This document shows positions 52,201 to 60,411 of a stretch of 64,000 nucleotides of DNA, piece after piece (the first letter of the stretch is position 1; every line of letters starts with the position of its first letter). Location of the stretch: IMG/VR virus record IMGVR_UViG_3300045988_109352; one strand, given 5' to 3'. Origin of the DNA: a virus. The notes beneath the pieces were generated by a model. The model saw only the letters and a program-made list of their open reading frames with translations. It was not told the origin of the DNA and did no database searches. The translations under genes were made by a program, and so were the position numbers.

Positions 52201-54366
52201 ATAGAAGTAACATCTCCAATAGTCCCAAACATTCTCGCCAGTCTTGTTACCTTCTTCGTCAAGTATATCATTTCTATCTTCTATCTTGATACATTCGATT
52301 GCACCACCGGGAGTAATCATTTGGCGACCTCCGATAACTCCGGTCTTGATAATCTCCAAAGCATAGAACATGGCTTTCATTCTTACTGTCAGATAATCAA
52401 GCTCTGCATGTGATTTTCCGTCTGTATCTGCATAGAATATACCGCCCGTACTTCCGGTCACATAGCTACCGACTTTCAATCCACGCAAGAAAGTTATCAT
52501 TCCTTGTGCGGTATCATCTTTAACTCTGCTGAGTTTTTTGTTCAGTTCGCCTACAATGTCAAGTCCATAAATAGCTTGTAACTGTGCTACTTGGCTTCCT
52601 AACTTGCTAAGTCCATCAGCTATCTGTCCTATCTGATTCAGTACAATAGACACTTCGTCCGTTAAGGTAATATTATAAGTAGGAAGGGGATTTGTACCAT
52701 ATTGGATTGACATTTCCTTTACGGATAATTCCATAGCGTCCTCATTGTCTTTATACAAGAATCTGACAATCGTATTAGGCTTAATCTGCGCAAGAATTGC
52801 TTGGTTTGTTTCCAAGAAGTGTTCGTCGAAGCTCAAAGGATAGTCATACAAAGGCATATTATTTTCAAGCATATATCTTTTCATGGCAACGTCCAAACGT
52901 TCTTGTGCCTTGTCTATATATGCTTGTGGCATTTCAATGTGCAATATGACAAACTTGTCGCCAGTTTTAACTTGCTGGAACTTGCTTGGCATTATCGTAC
53001 CAAATGTATCTAAGTCCTTTGTCAGTTTAATAGTAATAGCTTGGTCTGTACTGTCTGGATATTTAGCATAGTCCCTCTGTTCTCCATTTGGTTTGAATAC
53101 AATGTTTCCAGCTTCATCAGTTACATAGAAGTTCTTTTTTACATCTTCCCAATCTACTGCTACCTCGTAGTTAGCTCCTAATGTGTCACCGGACTTCATG
53201 GAGAAGGTCATTCCACTTGTAACTGCTGCTTGTGCATATAAGTCAAAGCCAAGAGGATAAAGCGTCACATCAAAATACGACTGTCTAACCTCTCCCGTTT
53301 CGGGGTCAATATAATCATCCCAGCCACCTTCCGGTACTATTACTTCTTTGAACAAGTCAATAGCTTGTCCCTTGTATGTCATACCTTTAATAGTAGGTTG
53401 TATGCTGGAAAATTCTTGGATATGGAATACTGGTGCAAGAGGATTGATAGGAGTAGGATAGCTGCTATCTGCGTCATAGTAGTCAATAAGAGGGTCTTTA
53501 GAACCAAACAAGACTTTATTTCTAACAGCCTCTACATATACTGATGGCATTAACGTGTCACGAGTATATGGGTGCTCAATGCGATTTCCGTCTGCATCTG
53601 TAATTATAGGATAGCCATACGGAATATTAATGTTGCTACCATATCCAGCAATACGAGTAATGACCTTATTATTCTTTGGTGTGCAATCATTGTTTTTCAG
53701 TCCTACACCTTGTCCGAATTTGAATATGTATGGCTTGTTTTCATTGTCAAGTATTTCCTTAGATGGCTTGCCAAACCAAATAGTATATCCATCAACTACA
53801 AATGGAACTTTCCATGTTTCGTATGCAGTCTTGCAAACGTCTGAAATAAATTGATTACTGAATGATAACACATCACTCATTGTCCCATCATCTACAAATG
53901 TTGGCTGTAACTTGCAAGTCCATTTAGTTCCGACAAGACATGAGTTGATTTTTTGAACGAACATGCTTAATGTACCAATCCACGAGAAAGTCCGTTTTTC
54001 GCTGCGATAACTTTCCTCACTGCTACTAATAGCAATGTCAGTAAAGGGAATGTTGTACAATTCAATCATTTCATGGTAGAAAGTACAACTATATTTAGTC
54101 ATTCCCTTTGCCTCGCTGTTTTCCGAAGTCATTCCTTTTCTAACAACTACGGGAGGATTTTTAAGAATGTACTTTATTCCTTTATACTCTACATATTCTT
54201 GCAGAGTAAACGAAAGTGAATTGTCTTTATAATAAAACTCTCCTTCTATCTTGTCATTTAACGACATAACAATAGTTGAGAAAGTGTGTTTTCTCAAACT
54301 GATGTCGTGGAAGGGAGTGCCATCTTCATTGTATATATTCAGTATAGGGTTTACTTCGTTCGCCAT
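46240..54366 (-). CDS. giant tail fiber / tail-associated protein (2708 aa) with a C-terminal S74 chaperone domain
   Basis: The N-terminus resembles phage minor structural / Tal proteins. Further features: A/E/K-rich coiled coils, poly-Gly linkers, two YVKKAGD(E/T)MTG(R/N)L fiber-repeat restarts, and SDFRLKEN near the C-terminus. Confidence 0.8.
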   Translation of the reverse strand: MANEVNPILNIYNEDGTPFHDISLRKHTFSTIVMSLNDKIEGEFYYKDNSLSFTLQEYVEYKGIKYILKNPPVVVRKGMTSENSEAKGMTKYSCTFYHEMIELYNIPFTDIAISSSEESYRSEKRTFSWIGTLSMFVQKINSCLVGTKWTCKLQPTFVDDGTMSDVLSFSNQFISDVCKTAYETWKVPFVVDGYTIWFGKPSKEILDNENKPYIFKFGQGVGLKNNDCTPKNNKVITRIAGYGSNINIPYGYPIITDADGNRIEHPYTRDTLMPSVYVEAVRNKVLFGSKDPLIDYYDADSSYPTPINPLAPVFHIQEFSSIQPTIKGMTYKGQAIDLFKEVIVPEGGWDDYIDPETGEVRQSYFDVTLYPLGFDLYAQAAVTSGMTFSMKSGDTLGANYEVAVDWEDVKKNFYVTDEAGNIVFKPNGEQRDYAKYPDSTDQAITIKLTKDLDTFGTIMPSKFQQVKTGDKFVILHIEMPQAYIDKAQERLDVAMKRYMLENNMPLYDYPLSFDEHFLETNQAILAQIKPNTIVRFLYKDNEDAMELSVKEMSIQYGTNPLPTYNITLTDEVSIVLNQIGQIADGLSKLGSQVAQLQAIYGLDIVGELNKKLSRVKDDTAQGMITFLRGLKVGSYVTGSTGGIFYADTDGKSHAELDYLTVRMKAMFYALEIIKTGVIGGRQMITPGGAIECIKIEDRNDILDEEGNKTGENVWDYWRCYFYQDDGTEALDNRFRAGDMALAQDFNIKEGVYENVSNHYFWRLVVNVGTNYIDISKTDADAASDAPRVGDTICQLGNKTFVDANGVTHVEDKTRQNAIIFSAVDTFSPSMTLYAGINSYSYLNKEYVSYGVDKTTNLAYMNVYGNSYIGARDKSSYMKFDTVTGVEIKGKLVTKSGKDVEETFNSFQDQIDGVKETWYGEYTPTLTNQPAVDWNTEALKKRHEGDVFTNIQEYVDDETTPDAGKSWRWVKTGDTWGWTQIADNDTSKAYLEAAKAQKAAEEAKKEANDAKQTVTNMKDFTDEAFKDGIVDRQEAAAIEKYLNSIKSIQKSVAESYSKVYANPLLSGTAKVELKTAYDGFNVATTELITAIDDAIADGVATSTEVALVDGRYDTFNTKYGDFIAYLNAANNFIQDKINTSAEDAKKAAEEAQKAADAAKAEAEAAKQRLDKWAEDGVISPTEKQSIKDEIVRIDADKTNITAGYTLYSLGSPTGYLNAHSNYRAVLVTLSASTPENITIPSDFASKQSAYYNQRTAALNAISDAAKAAVDTVKKDLAGYEYLKKAWKESTTIEGGVIQNALNMLGYTDPVAGFKVMSGMNGVYDATKVGGGIASWYGGSMKDRADYTEANMPSDVAKAIIRMDGSGYLASGAVWWGTDGVFHADPQSFIIKENQLGDYVSLFQIVYRSGTPKTISYMIPQYPMQKLTVSDYIEIGTTGYRIGVDSANNAIKVYKEDGSAVNFYASGAVSAKGISSGSGGGGGGGLIQTVYGYSSLGGTFADSTLSDTFNAYTINKLASRITELEKNGGGGTGIAGIKVNSQTYAPDTSKYITLPNYPSTTITGTGNVLTNATYDNSTRVLTLTKGNIATTANHLERYAQITSTAIDTVSTFTASKTSVWEANGTAYGTTGANDTVLNIGSAANRLFQLRAAYNSDDFYFRGVGASSFRTWYKIWHAGNLNPSKITYLGYKSDFQWVVILLWRDAQINMLHRINGKLYTESNGLARYQYAEIDLFFSRWSTSDYEFYGNFDTAGIGSDWSLVTCTYNGEKWWALRHTNTQAVSMYFMGSELNINFSKVHYYTSNTGTVVNSEVNSSIASKGDSISVRSVNGSPYALQKDINALSSVYVKKAGDEMTGRLQLKNPAEFSIRMATDTSNYRRGIIWNNTASDTRIAEIGYQNTVQRIFLNPLGSTEVWNDAAGKYSFIIGNNFLTYNTWTILHSNNSTNYASGSVKVANTSADNINNTNRAGSSRVNFFDIYSLGSTMPTTYGNIMEICSTLSSHWQPQLYFSSGKEGHIYYRNKDYNIYSFGSWKQLIDSENYSSILNSTYVKKAGDTMTGNLVVGTGQTTARISSQWGEFYIDISSSITGGWERGFGANINKTSTPVKFGFYGSGQSISYAYAGLYSNPWQKWDNNTSTISTELVVNKNIIGLNGEFSLLCGDEHFQHRVWGGVGSYSYEVLLLLPIPATTNLGGLNTIDGTISGYTNGGNQCFWVDVKISTIYNTTLWNIKSISSFLSNQYVLKKCKYNDIWYYCIEIPYRDNRMDSYYFRGVIRSTIAGGLSTITLPYRIKYKTKANGNNAEVINNSEINSSLSTTLTQGGITYVSFIEDTYYQNIKPHLSNSITSGTTDLRWKCVYSYNLDISSTSTFGGAATFNGGMYSGNIFPLSNNNYRIGSFNNRFIDAYIQSWVYADSGLYMNPSTITQNGSYLELSSGGNEIIIAGGTDFHVNYRGASYGGRSVPKKWHWRAGSGSSWANMEFGDCTLHGWINSTGITGSGANSFNVGARFSNTSDDSIEIVGGNYTMGLGCHSNGSWYWWRGTANPTSATNKSYVMQYDGITWAFTGSITATAAITAKATSDFRLKENYDGLIDYRERLLKLGRVYDYNYNKKALDLYQDRIDNKRHTGLVYQNAVKAGITNFCHEKDEYGYGSLNYLSPDLIATIIGSVQANILSIRLVESEQERMRKELEHAKSEINRLKGLVASLQN

Positions 54367-54734
54367 TTTACGTAGTATTTAATTCCGATTATTCCTATGA
54401 TTGCTGCATTAATTAGTAAAAGCCACCAGCACCATGATGGAACATGCTTCTTAATGACTTCTTTCTCCTTAATGACTTCTTTCTCTTGATATATAGTATC
54501 ATTCTGTATGACTGTTCTGTCTATGTACTTGATTTTTTCAATATACTTAGTATTAAAAACAGTATCTCCTTTTTGAATAACAGAAAAATAGATACTATCT
54601 CTTGTGTGTACTGTTAAAGTGTCATGCCGTTCTTTGATAATCTCTTTTATTTCCGTATTTTTCTCCAAGTCCTTTGCAGTTCGGCATGAAAACAAAAGAG
54701 GCAAAAGGATTATTAGGAGAAGAGCCTTTTTCAT
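54351..54734 (-). CDS. unimolecular-spanin-like protein
   Basis: Lipoprotein signal LLPLLFSC at the N-terminus and a C-terminal membrane span WCWWLLLINAAIIGIIGI. Downstream of the endolysin. Confidence 0.4.
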   Translation of the reverse strand: MKKALLLIILLPLLFSCRTAKDLEKNTEIKEIIKERHDTLTVHTRDSIYFSVIQKGDTVFNTKYIEKIKYIDRTVIQNDTIYQEKEVIKEKEVIKKHVPSWCWWLLLINAAIIGIIGIKYYVKWRTK

Positions 54735-55171
54735 CCTTTGAAATAGGTTACTTTACCATTACTCCCATCAGTGCGGACATCCAAATGTACCCAAGTGACA
54801 TCTTGTTCCAATCGTACCGGATAAGGGAGAAGTATCTGATTTGCCTTAATCCAATTACGAACTTCCAAAGCGGTCATTCCCTTCACATCAAAGTCCAGCG
54901 CAGTTCCTTGTAGATGTGCAGACACATACACCTTTTCCAATCGTGTCTTTTCAGCTACTAATTGGCACACATTACAGCGCAGTCCTCTTTGTGTCAGACT
55001 TCCTCCCGAATGCCAAGTATTGACAGTTATAGGCTTGCCAAGCTTTTCTCGTATGACACACATTGTTTCAAGCAGCCGTGGGTCAAAAAACGTCCACGCC
55101 ATTTCTCCAAACTTGTTATATACATGCTTGCAAACAAGCTCTTTGATATTGAAATAGTTCTTTATATTCAT
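54731..55171 (-). CDS. peptidase M15-family endolysin
   Basis: WHSGGSLTQRGLR and SAHLQGTALDFD (H..G.A.D) motifs. Confidence 0.6.
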   Translation of the reverse strand: MNIKNYFNIKELVCKHVYNKFGEMAWTFFDPRLLETMCVIREKLGKPITVNTWHSGGSLTQRGLRCNVCQLVAEKTRLEKVYVSAHLQGTALDFDVKGMTALEVRNWIKANQILLPYPVRLEQDVTWVHLDVRTDGSNGKVTYFKG

Positions 55172-55173
55172 AA

Positions 55174-55566
55174 TCAGTCCTCCTTCTTTTCATTCTTTTC
55201 ACAGCCTCTACATTCTTCACATTCATGTGCCATATCAAACTTTGCTTGCTTTAACAGCACCGGACATTCTTCGCTTGGTACTTTGCAAATGTATGCTTGC
55301 CGTATAGAGATAACTTTTTCTTCATACTTCTTTTTCAGTTCTGAAAGGTCGTTTTCAATACGGGTTACTTCCTTGTTCACATACGTCTGTATGTTACTGT
55401 AGCTTTTCTCCATTATTGATATTGACTTTTCAAGGTTCGTAATCTCAACTGTCCGAGCCTCTGCCATCGCTTTCTTGCGAGAAGGTTTCATATTTACAAG
55501 TGAAACTATTCCACCTAAGAAACCTCCTCCTCCAAGTATTGATACTAAAATCTGCGTCCAATCCAT
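55174..55566 (-). CDS. holin-like membrane protein
   Basis: Single N-terminal span ILVSILGGGGFLGGIVSLV, a coiled coil and a Cys-rich tail. Upstream of the endolysin. Confidence 0.35.
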   Translation of the reverse strand: MDWTQILVSILGGGGFLGGIVSLVNMKPSRKKAMAEARTVEITNLEKSISIMEKSYSNIQTYVNKEVTRIENDLSELKKKYEEKVISIRQAYICKVPSEECPVLLKQAKFDMAHECEECRGCEKNEKKED

Positions 55567-55578
55567 GATATTATTATT

Positions 55579-57108
55579 TTAAACGTTGCTACTGTAAGTA
55601 GTTTTATTAGGAGTTTCGATAATCTCTGTATTGTTGTTCTTGCTTATCCGTTCAGCTTTTTCAGCTTGCTTGATAGCATCTTCTTCCTCTTGCTTCTTCT
55701 CTCTTTCTACTCGGTCAAGTTCATCCGGTGCAGAAGACGGAGATTCTTCAATCAATGTTTGTCGGGAAATCCATTTAGATTCCATAGCTAAGTTGGTAAT
55801 CTTAGTATTGTTGGTTTCCATGCTCCAAATATTCAGCTTGGCTTTAATCTTCAAATCTGTATAAGCATTAGTCTGGTCTTCTTCCAATCCTAACATCTCT
55901 TGGAAGAGATAGGTTATCTCATTGATAGAATCAGACCAATCAGCAACACTTTGAGTAGCCAACGCAATATCATTACGCATAGACAATGCAATACCGTTGC
56001 CACCGCTTCCAGTATTAGTGATATCCTTTGGAGTGATAAAGCTGACAGATGAAGCAATTGAAACTTGTTCCAGCAAATATTCCAGATAAGCAATCATACT
56101 TTCCGGCTCTGGGAACTCCAAAGTCTTTGCTTCTGTCTTGTAGCTTGAACCTTCGTCTGCCGGGAGATTGATAACCAATGTGCCGTTATCTCGCTTGAAA
56201 CTGTCTTCATTCATTTCCCCTTTTAAGACTAATCCCCAAGTACCAAACCGCTTTAATGTCACAGCATGTATATTTGTAAGCAATTCAATTATCTCAATTA
56301 TACTTTGAGAATATTCCCAAGCTACTTTGCCTCTATGGTAGACAAGAGGATTACGGCTAAACCCATGAAGAATCCTTTCAGTAACCCATCCATTATTGGT
56401 AGGTTCTCCTTCTTTGCTTCGTATTGAACGATAAAGGTACTTATCATCGAATGTATCAATGACTTCTGTCAAATCATCTATCTTATAAAATAAGGAGCGT
56501 GAAATTTCTTCTCCATATTCATTGTAGTTGGGTATGACAGAATATCCATCATCATAGGAATAGACTTTAACTGTTCCCTTTTTCTTTATAGGGTCAAATT
56601 TGAATAGTACGCCAGCATCGCCAACCTTCTTCTGCTTGGATATTAGTTCGTACTTGATTTGCTCCATATTCCTCATGTTCCATTCCAGCTTGAAGTTCTG
56701 AAACTTCTTACTGATGGTATCGTTCTTCTCTATATTACAGAGATTAAAAGAAATAGGATTAGCAGTAAGATGAAGCACATGTGCCGCATGAATATTCTTT
56801 TGCAAAGAAACTGTCAGCACAAGTTCATCTATGACTATATCAGTATCTCCAACTCTGACTGCAATCTTAGGAATTGAATTATTATACTTTATATTGTGTA
56901 GAGAAGGGTCGTACTCTCTCAGATAGAGGTCTTGTGAAACCTCTTGCAATGTCAAGTCGCTCAACTGGGCAGTTGATTTTTGGTTAAGTGTAACATCACC
57001 AATATAAGTTTTACACGACTGAAATTTTCCACCTCTTGTAAAAGGCTTCTTCAATAACAGCCGCGTTGGTTCTGACAAATACCAATCAATGTTTTTTCTC
57101 GTTATCAT
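55579..57108 (-). CDS. portal protein
   Basis: 509 aa, immediately downstream of the large terminase, with an acidic C-terminus. Confidence 0.6.
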   Translation of the reverse strand: MITRKNIDWYLSEPTRLLLKKPFTRGGKFQSCKTYIGDVTLNQKSTAQLSDLTLQEVSQDLYLREYDPSLHNIKYNNSIPKIAVRVGDTDIVIDELVLTVSLQKNIHAAHVLHLTANPISFNLCNIEKNDTISKKFQNFKLEWNMRNMEQIKYELISKQKKVGDAGVLFKFDPIKKKGTVKVYSYDDGYSVIPNYNEYGEEISRSLFYKIDDLTEVIDTFDDKYLYRSIRSKEGEPTNNGWVTERILHGFSRNPLVYHRGKVAWEYSQSIIEIIELLTNIHAVTLKRFGTWGLVLKGEMNEDSFKRDNGTLVINLPADEGSSYKTEAKTLEFPEPESMIAYLEYLLEQVSIASSVSFITPKDITNTGSGGNGIALSMRNDIALATQSVADWSDSINEITYLFQEMLGLEEDQTNAYTDLKIKAKLNIWSMETNNTKITNLAMESKWISRQTLIEESPSSAPDELDRVEREKKQEEEDAIKQAEKAERISKNNNTEIIETPNKTTYSSNV

Positions 57109-57110
57109 TT

Positions 57111-58865
57111 TTATATGCTGCTTAAAATTTTCAATATCTTATCTGAATTAGTAATCTTTCCTCTCTCCCTTGTTGGTTGTGCAGTACCATTTACTTGGTT
57201 CATTATATCTTCAAGAGATAATTTCCTTCTCAATTCTCCACCAGTAGCACCAGCCAATTCCCTATAACAGTCATAACACAATCCCCCACAAAGCATAATG
57301 ATATTGTCTGTAAGGTCGGGAGAAAAGCCTTTTATCAGAGCATGTTGTTCCTTCTTTCCTTCAAACTGTATTCTTCCCGAAGGCAAGCGTTTAAATTTGA
57401 ATATTCTACTCTCAAATTGCATTTGCTTTAAGACAGTAGTGGAGCCTTCACGCTTTAGCTTCTGATGTGTATATCTCATTTTAGCAAGCTGTCTGTCATA
57501 GGTTATCAATCCAGCCTTTATCATTTGGGTAGCAAGGTGTGCAGCTTCATCTTTAAACCTTTCATACAGTTTCTTTCCCTTAGCAGTTGCGGCAATCGCT
57601 CCGGAGAATGCGACACCTCCACCATTTGCTGGTACAAGATTGAAAATCTCTTTTAAGAAACCGTTACCTTGCACATCAATGATTAGCTCTTTATCAGTCA
57701 ATCCATGCTTAACCATAAACTGCTTAATCATCTTTACAGCTTCAAGATTAGAGTTTTTCATGGAATATTGCATATCGTCACAATGGAAACCTACCCAATG
57801 CTTCATTACAAAGTTATCCTCCCCAGTAGTTGCCATATCCACGGTAATACGTTCCTTCTTACACTTACATGGAGAAACATGAGTAAACATGTTGAGAATA
57901 TCATCCTCTGTCACTTCGGAAAGATTATCCTCCTCTTCTTCTTTTTCGTCTTGTATAGAGAAATTCCAATTAGGTTCATACATTGAATCTGCAAGCACAG
58001 ATGTTGCAGCCATAGCACGATACCCCTTGTTTGCTTTAAGCATGGCTTGGTTATCTCTTACATCAAAAGTAAAGAATACCATGCTCATAATAAAGTCCTC
58101 ATAAGACATATCCGGGTCAATCTGCAAAAGGTTATCTATAATGTCTTTGCATTTAGAATAAACCTCTTCCTTAGTATTTCCCCAATAGACTTCATCCAAG
58201 TTACCCTTTACAATGTGGAAGAACCGAACAACTCCATTCATTTCTTTAATGGGTTTTCCATCATCTCCAATCCATCCACCACCATTCTTGCCACAGCCAC
58301 ATAGCTTACGTATGAAGCATTCACGTTCCGGATTTTGAGCAAGATATATTTGAGCTTTACCCTTAGTGTTTGCACGCAGACGGGTTTGACAAGTAGAAAT
58401 AGTCCTCCATTCAAATTTATTGCATTCCTCAAAGATAGCCTTCTTGAATTGTAATCCTTTGAATATCTTATCTATTACAGTAGGACTTTCATTATTTAAC
58501 TGCTGGAATTTAATTTCAGAGCTATTGAAAAACTTCACACCCATATCATCTTGAACCTTAATGACTTCTCCAATAGGTTCTCTTGGTTGTATTCTGAAAC
58601 GTCTATCAATAAGCGGATATATTTCTTTAAGACCATCCACTACTTTACCAGCGTCAAAAAAGTCACCAACATTACGCATGAACCATACAGCTTTTGCCCC
58701 TTGGTTTTCATATAGATATGAAATTGGAGCATAACCTAATGTAAATGATTTTCCTCCACCACCACTACCAGTAAGCACAACATAGTCAGCATTGCTTCGG
58801 ATGGCTTCATATTGGCAACCCGGCAATGGACTAACAATTTTGTCTTTCTGTATTTTCTCGCTCAT
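57111..58865 (-). CDS. terL: terminase large subunit
   Basis: Walker A VLTGSGGGGKSF. Size and position next to the portal gene. Confidence 0.75.
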   Translation of the reverse strand: MSEKIQKDKIVSPLPGCQYEAIRSNADYVVLTGSGGGGKSFTLGYAPISYLYENQGAKAVWFMRNVGDFFDAGKVVDGLKEIYPLIDRRFRIQPREPIGEVIKVQDDMGVKFFNSSEIKFQQLNNESPTVIDKIFKGLQFKKAIFEECNKFEWRTISTCQTRLRANTKGKAQIYLAQNPERECFIRKLCGCGKNGGGWIGDDGKPIKEMNGVVRFFHIVKGNLDEVYWGNTKEEVYSKCKDIIDNLLQIDPDMSYEDFIMSMVFFTFDVRDNQAMLKANKGYRAMAATSVLADSMYEPNWNFSIQDEKEEEEDNLSEVTEDDILNMFTHVSPCKCKKERITVDMATTGEDNFVMKHWVGFHCDDMQYSMKNSNLEAVKMIKQFMVKHGLTDKELIIDVQGNGFLKEIFNLVPANGGGVAFSGAIAATAKGKKLYERFKDEAAHLATQMIKAGLITYDRQLAKMRYTHQKLKREGSTTVLKQMQFESRIFKFKRLPSGRIQFEGKKEQHALIKGFSPDLTDNIIMLCGGLCYDCYRELAGATGGELRRKLSLEDIMNQVNGTAQPTRERGKITNSDKILKILSSI

Positions 58866-59037
58866 AATGGTTCTTTATTTTTCTACAAAAATACGCAATC
58901 TAAGCTTCGATATATGCCACTTATCGAAAAACAAGCTACATACCTTAAAATAAATATGCTACTTTTTCGATAACCACAGTATGAGTAATGAAAAAGCTAT
59001 TTATTTTTGTTCAAAATAATAAAATCATTGACGAACA

Positions 59038-59682
59038 ATGGCACAAAAAAAAGAAGTTTTATCTAAAGTTAATCAGATTTGCGAAGAACGTAATTTTGAT
59101 TTGAGTGAAACATTCAGAGATAAGTTCTCTGAGAAATTTGCAGAAGCTTACAAGGATGCTCCGATTGAAGATGCTGGCTTAGTAGCCGCATTGAATATTT
59201 CAGTTGAAAGTAGCGGACATGCAAGAAAGAACGCATTCTCAGAAGCGACTAAGGGATTTGAAGCTAAGGAAGCTGAATATAAATCTCAGATTGAAGAATG
59301 GAAGAAAAAGGCTGAAAAAGGTAATGATGATGAAGAAGGCAATCAAGAGCCTCCGAAATTTGAGTTGCCTGCCGAGTACAAAGAGAAACTTGATAGGCTG
59401 GAAAAGTTTGAATTGCAAGAGAAAACGAAGTCTGTTCGCAATCAGATATACGATACAGCCAAGTCTAAGGTGAGGGAAGATTTACATGAATCTTTTCGTA
59501 ACTATCTTGGTAAGCAGAATATCGCAATTGATGCTGATGTTAATGCCGAGGCAGAAAGACTGCTGAAAGATTATCAAGATATATTCAGAAGCTCTATTGG
59601 TGATATTACACCATTATCTCCCGACGGAAAGAAAACAACGATGGAAGATTACCTTGCTGCCATAAAACCCGTCAAACTTTAA
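59038..59682 (+). CDS. scaffolding-like protein
   Basis: Charged, helical, E/K-rich. Upstream of the capsid genes. Confidence 0.45.
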   Translation: MAQKKEVLSKVNQICEERNFDLSETFRDKFSEKFAEAYKDAPIEDAGLVAALNISVESSGHARKNAFSEATKGFEAKEAEYKSQIEEWKKKAEKGNDDEEGNQEPPKFELPAEYKEKLDRLEKFELQEKTKSVRNQIYDTAKSKVREDLHESFRNYLGKQNIAIDADVNAEAERLLKDYQDIFRSSIGDITPLSPDGKKTTMEDYLAAIKPVKL

Positions 59683-59695
59683 ATAACAAAAGAAA

Positions 59696-60394
59696 ATGGC
59701 ACAATTTAATTTAGAAACCTTCTTTGCTTCCGCTAAACAATTTAGAGGTGGCAAGTTCGTATGGTGGAAGGACGCCAATCACGAGGAACGTTCTAACGTC
59801 CTCTATGGCTCTACCATTGCAAACCCGTATAAGGGTTTTGGCTATGCTTTTGCGGCTGACTTGTACGAATACAGATTGTGGAAACCGGGTTTCCTTCTGA
59901 AAACGTTTAAGGTGGCAAAGGCTACGACTGCTGGTACAGACACTACTTTACATGTAGATGGTTCTGGCTATTCTCACATTCCCGAAGTAGGCAATGTACT
60001 TATGAAAGCTCCCGATACAGTTGAAACTACGGGACAGTCTGGTAAGGTTACATCTGTTGAGTTCGATGAAGAGAATAAGCAGTTTATTCTTACTGTTGAC
60101 ACTGCAATCGGTGCTCTGACTACTGATGATATTTTGGTTGAAGCTGCTAATAGCAATGGTGACGTTGCAACTGCTGCTGCTGCCGACGCTACTGTGTTGG
60201 TTAAAAACCCGAATACCTTCATCGAAGCAGATACACAGTTCGCTCCGACTGATGGTCGCTGGGGAGTTACTGATGTTCAGCACAACATCAACACTGTTTA
60301 TGGAAAGCGTGCATTTGTTGACCGTATGCAACCGCTTCCGAAGTATGTATTGGCTAAGAACCGCAACTACATCGAAGGTGTATTTGAAATCTAA
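59696..60394 (+). CDS. capsid-associated (decoration-like) protein
   Basis: Called from its position between the scaffold and the major capsid gene. Confidence 0.35.
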   Translation: MAQFNLETFFASAKQFRGGKFVWWKDANHEERSNVLYGSTIANPYKGFGYAFAADLYEYRLWKPGFLLKTFKVAKATTAGTDTTLHVDGSGYSHIPEVGNVLMKAPDTVETTGQSGKVTSVEFDEENKQFILTVDTAIGALTTDDILVEAANSNGDVATAAAADATVLVKNPNTFIEADTQFAPTDGRWGVTDVQHNINTVYGKRAFVDRMQPLPKYVLAKNRNYIEGVFEI

Positions 60395-60411
60395 AGGAAA
60401 GGAGTAGAATT

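Noticed and set aside
46240-54366. A diversity-generating retroelement target in the fiber C-terminus.
   Set aside because: There is no reverse transcriptase ORF (no YxDD motif seen), and no template-repeat / variable-repeat pair is evident anywhere in the window.
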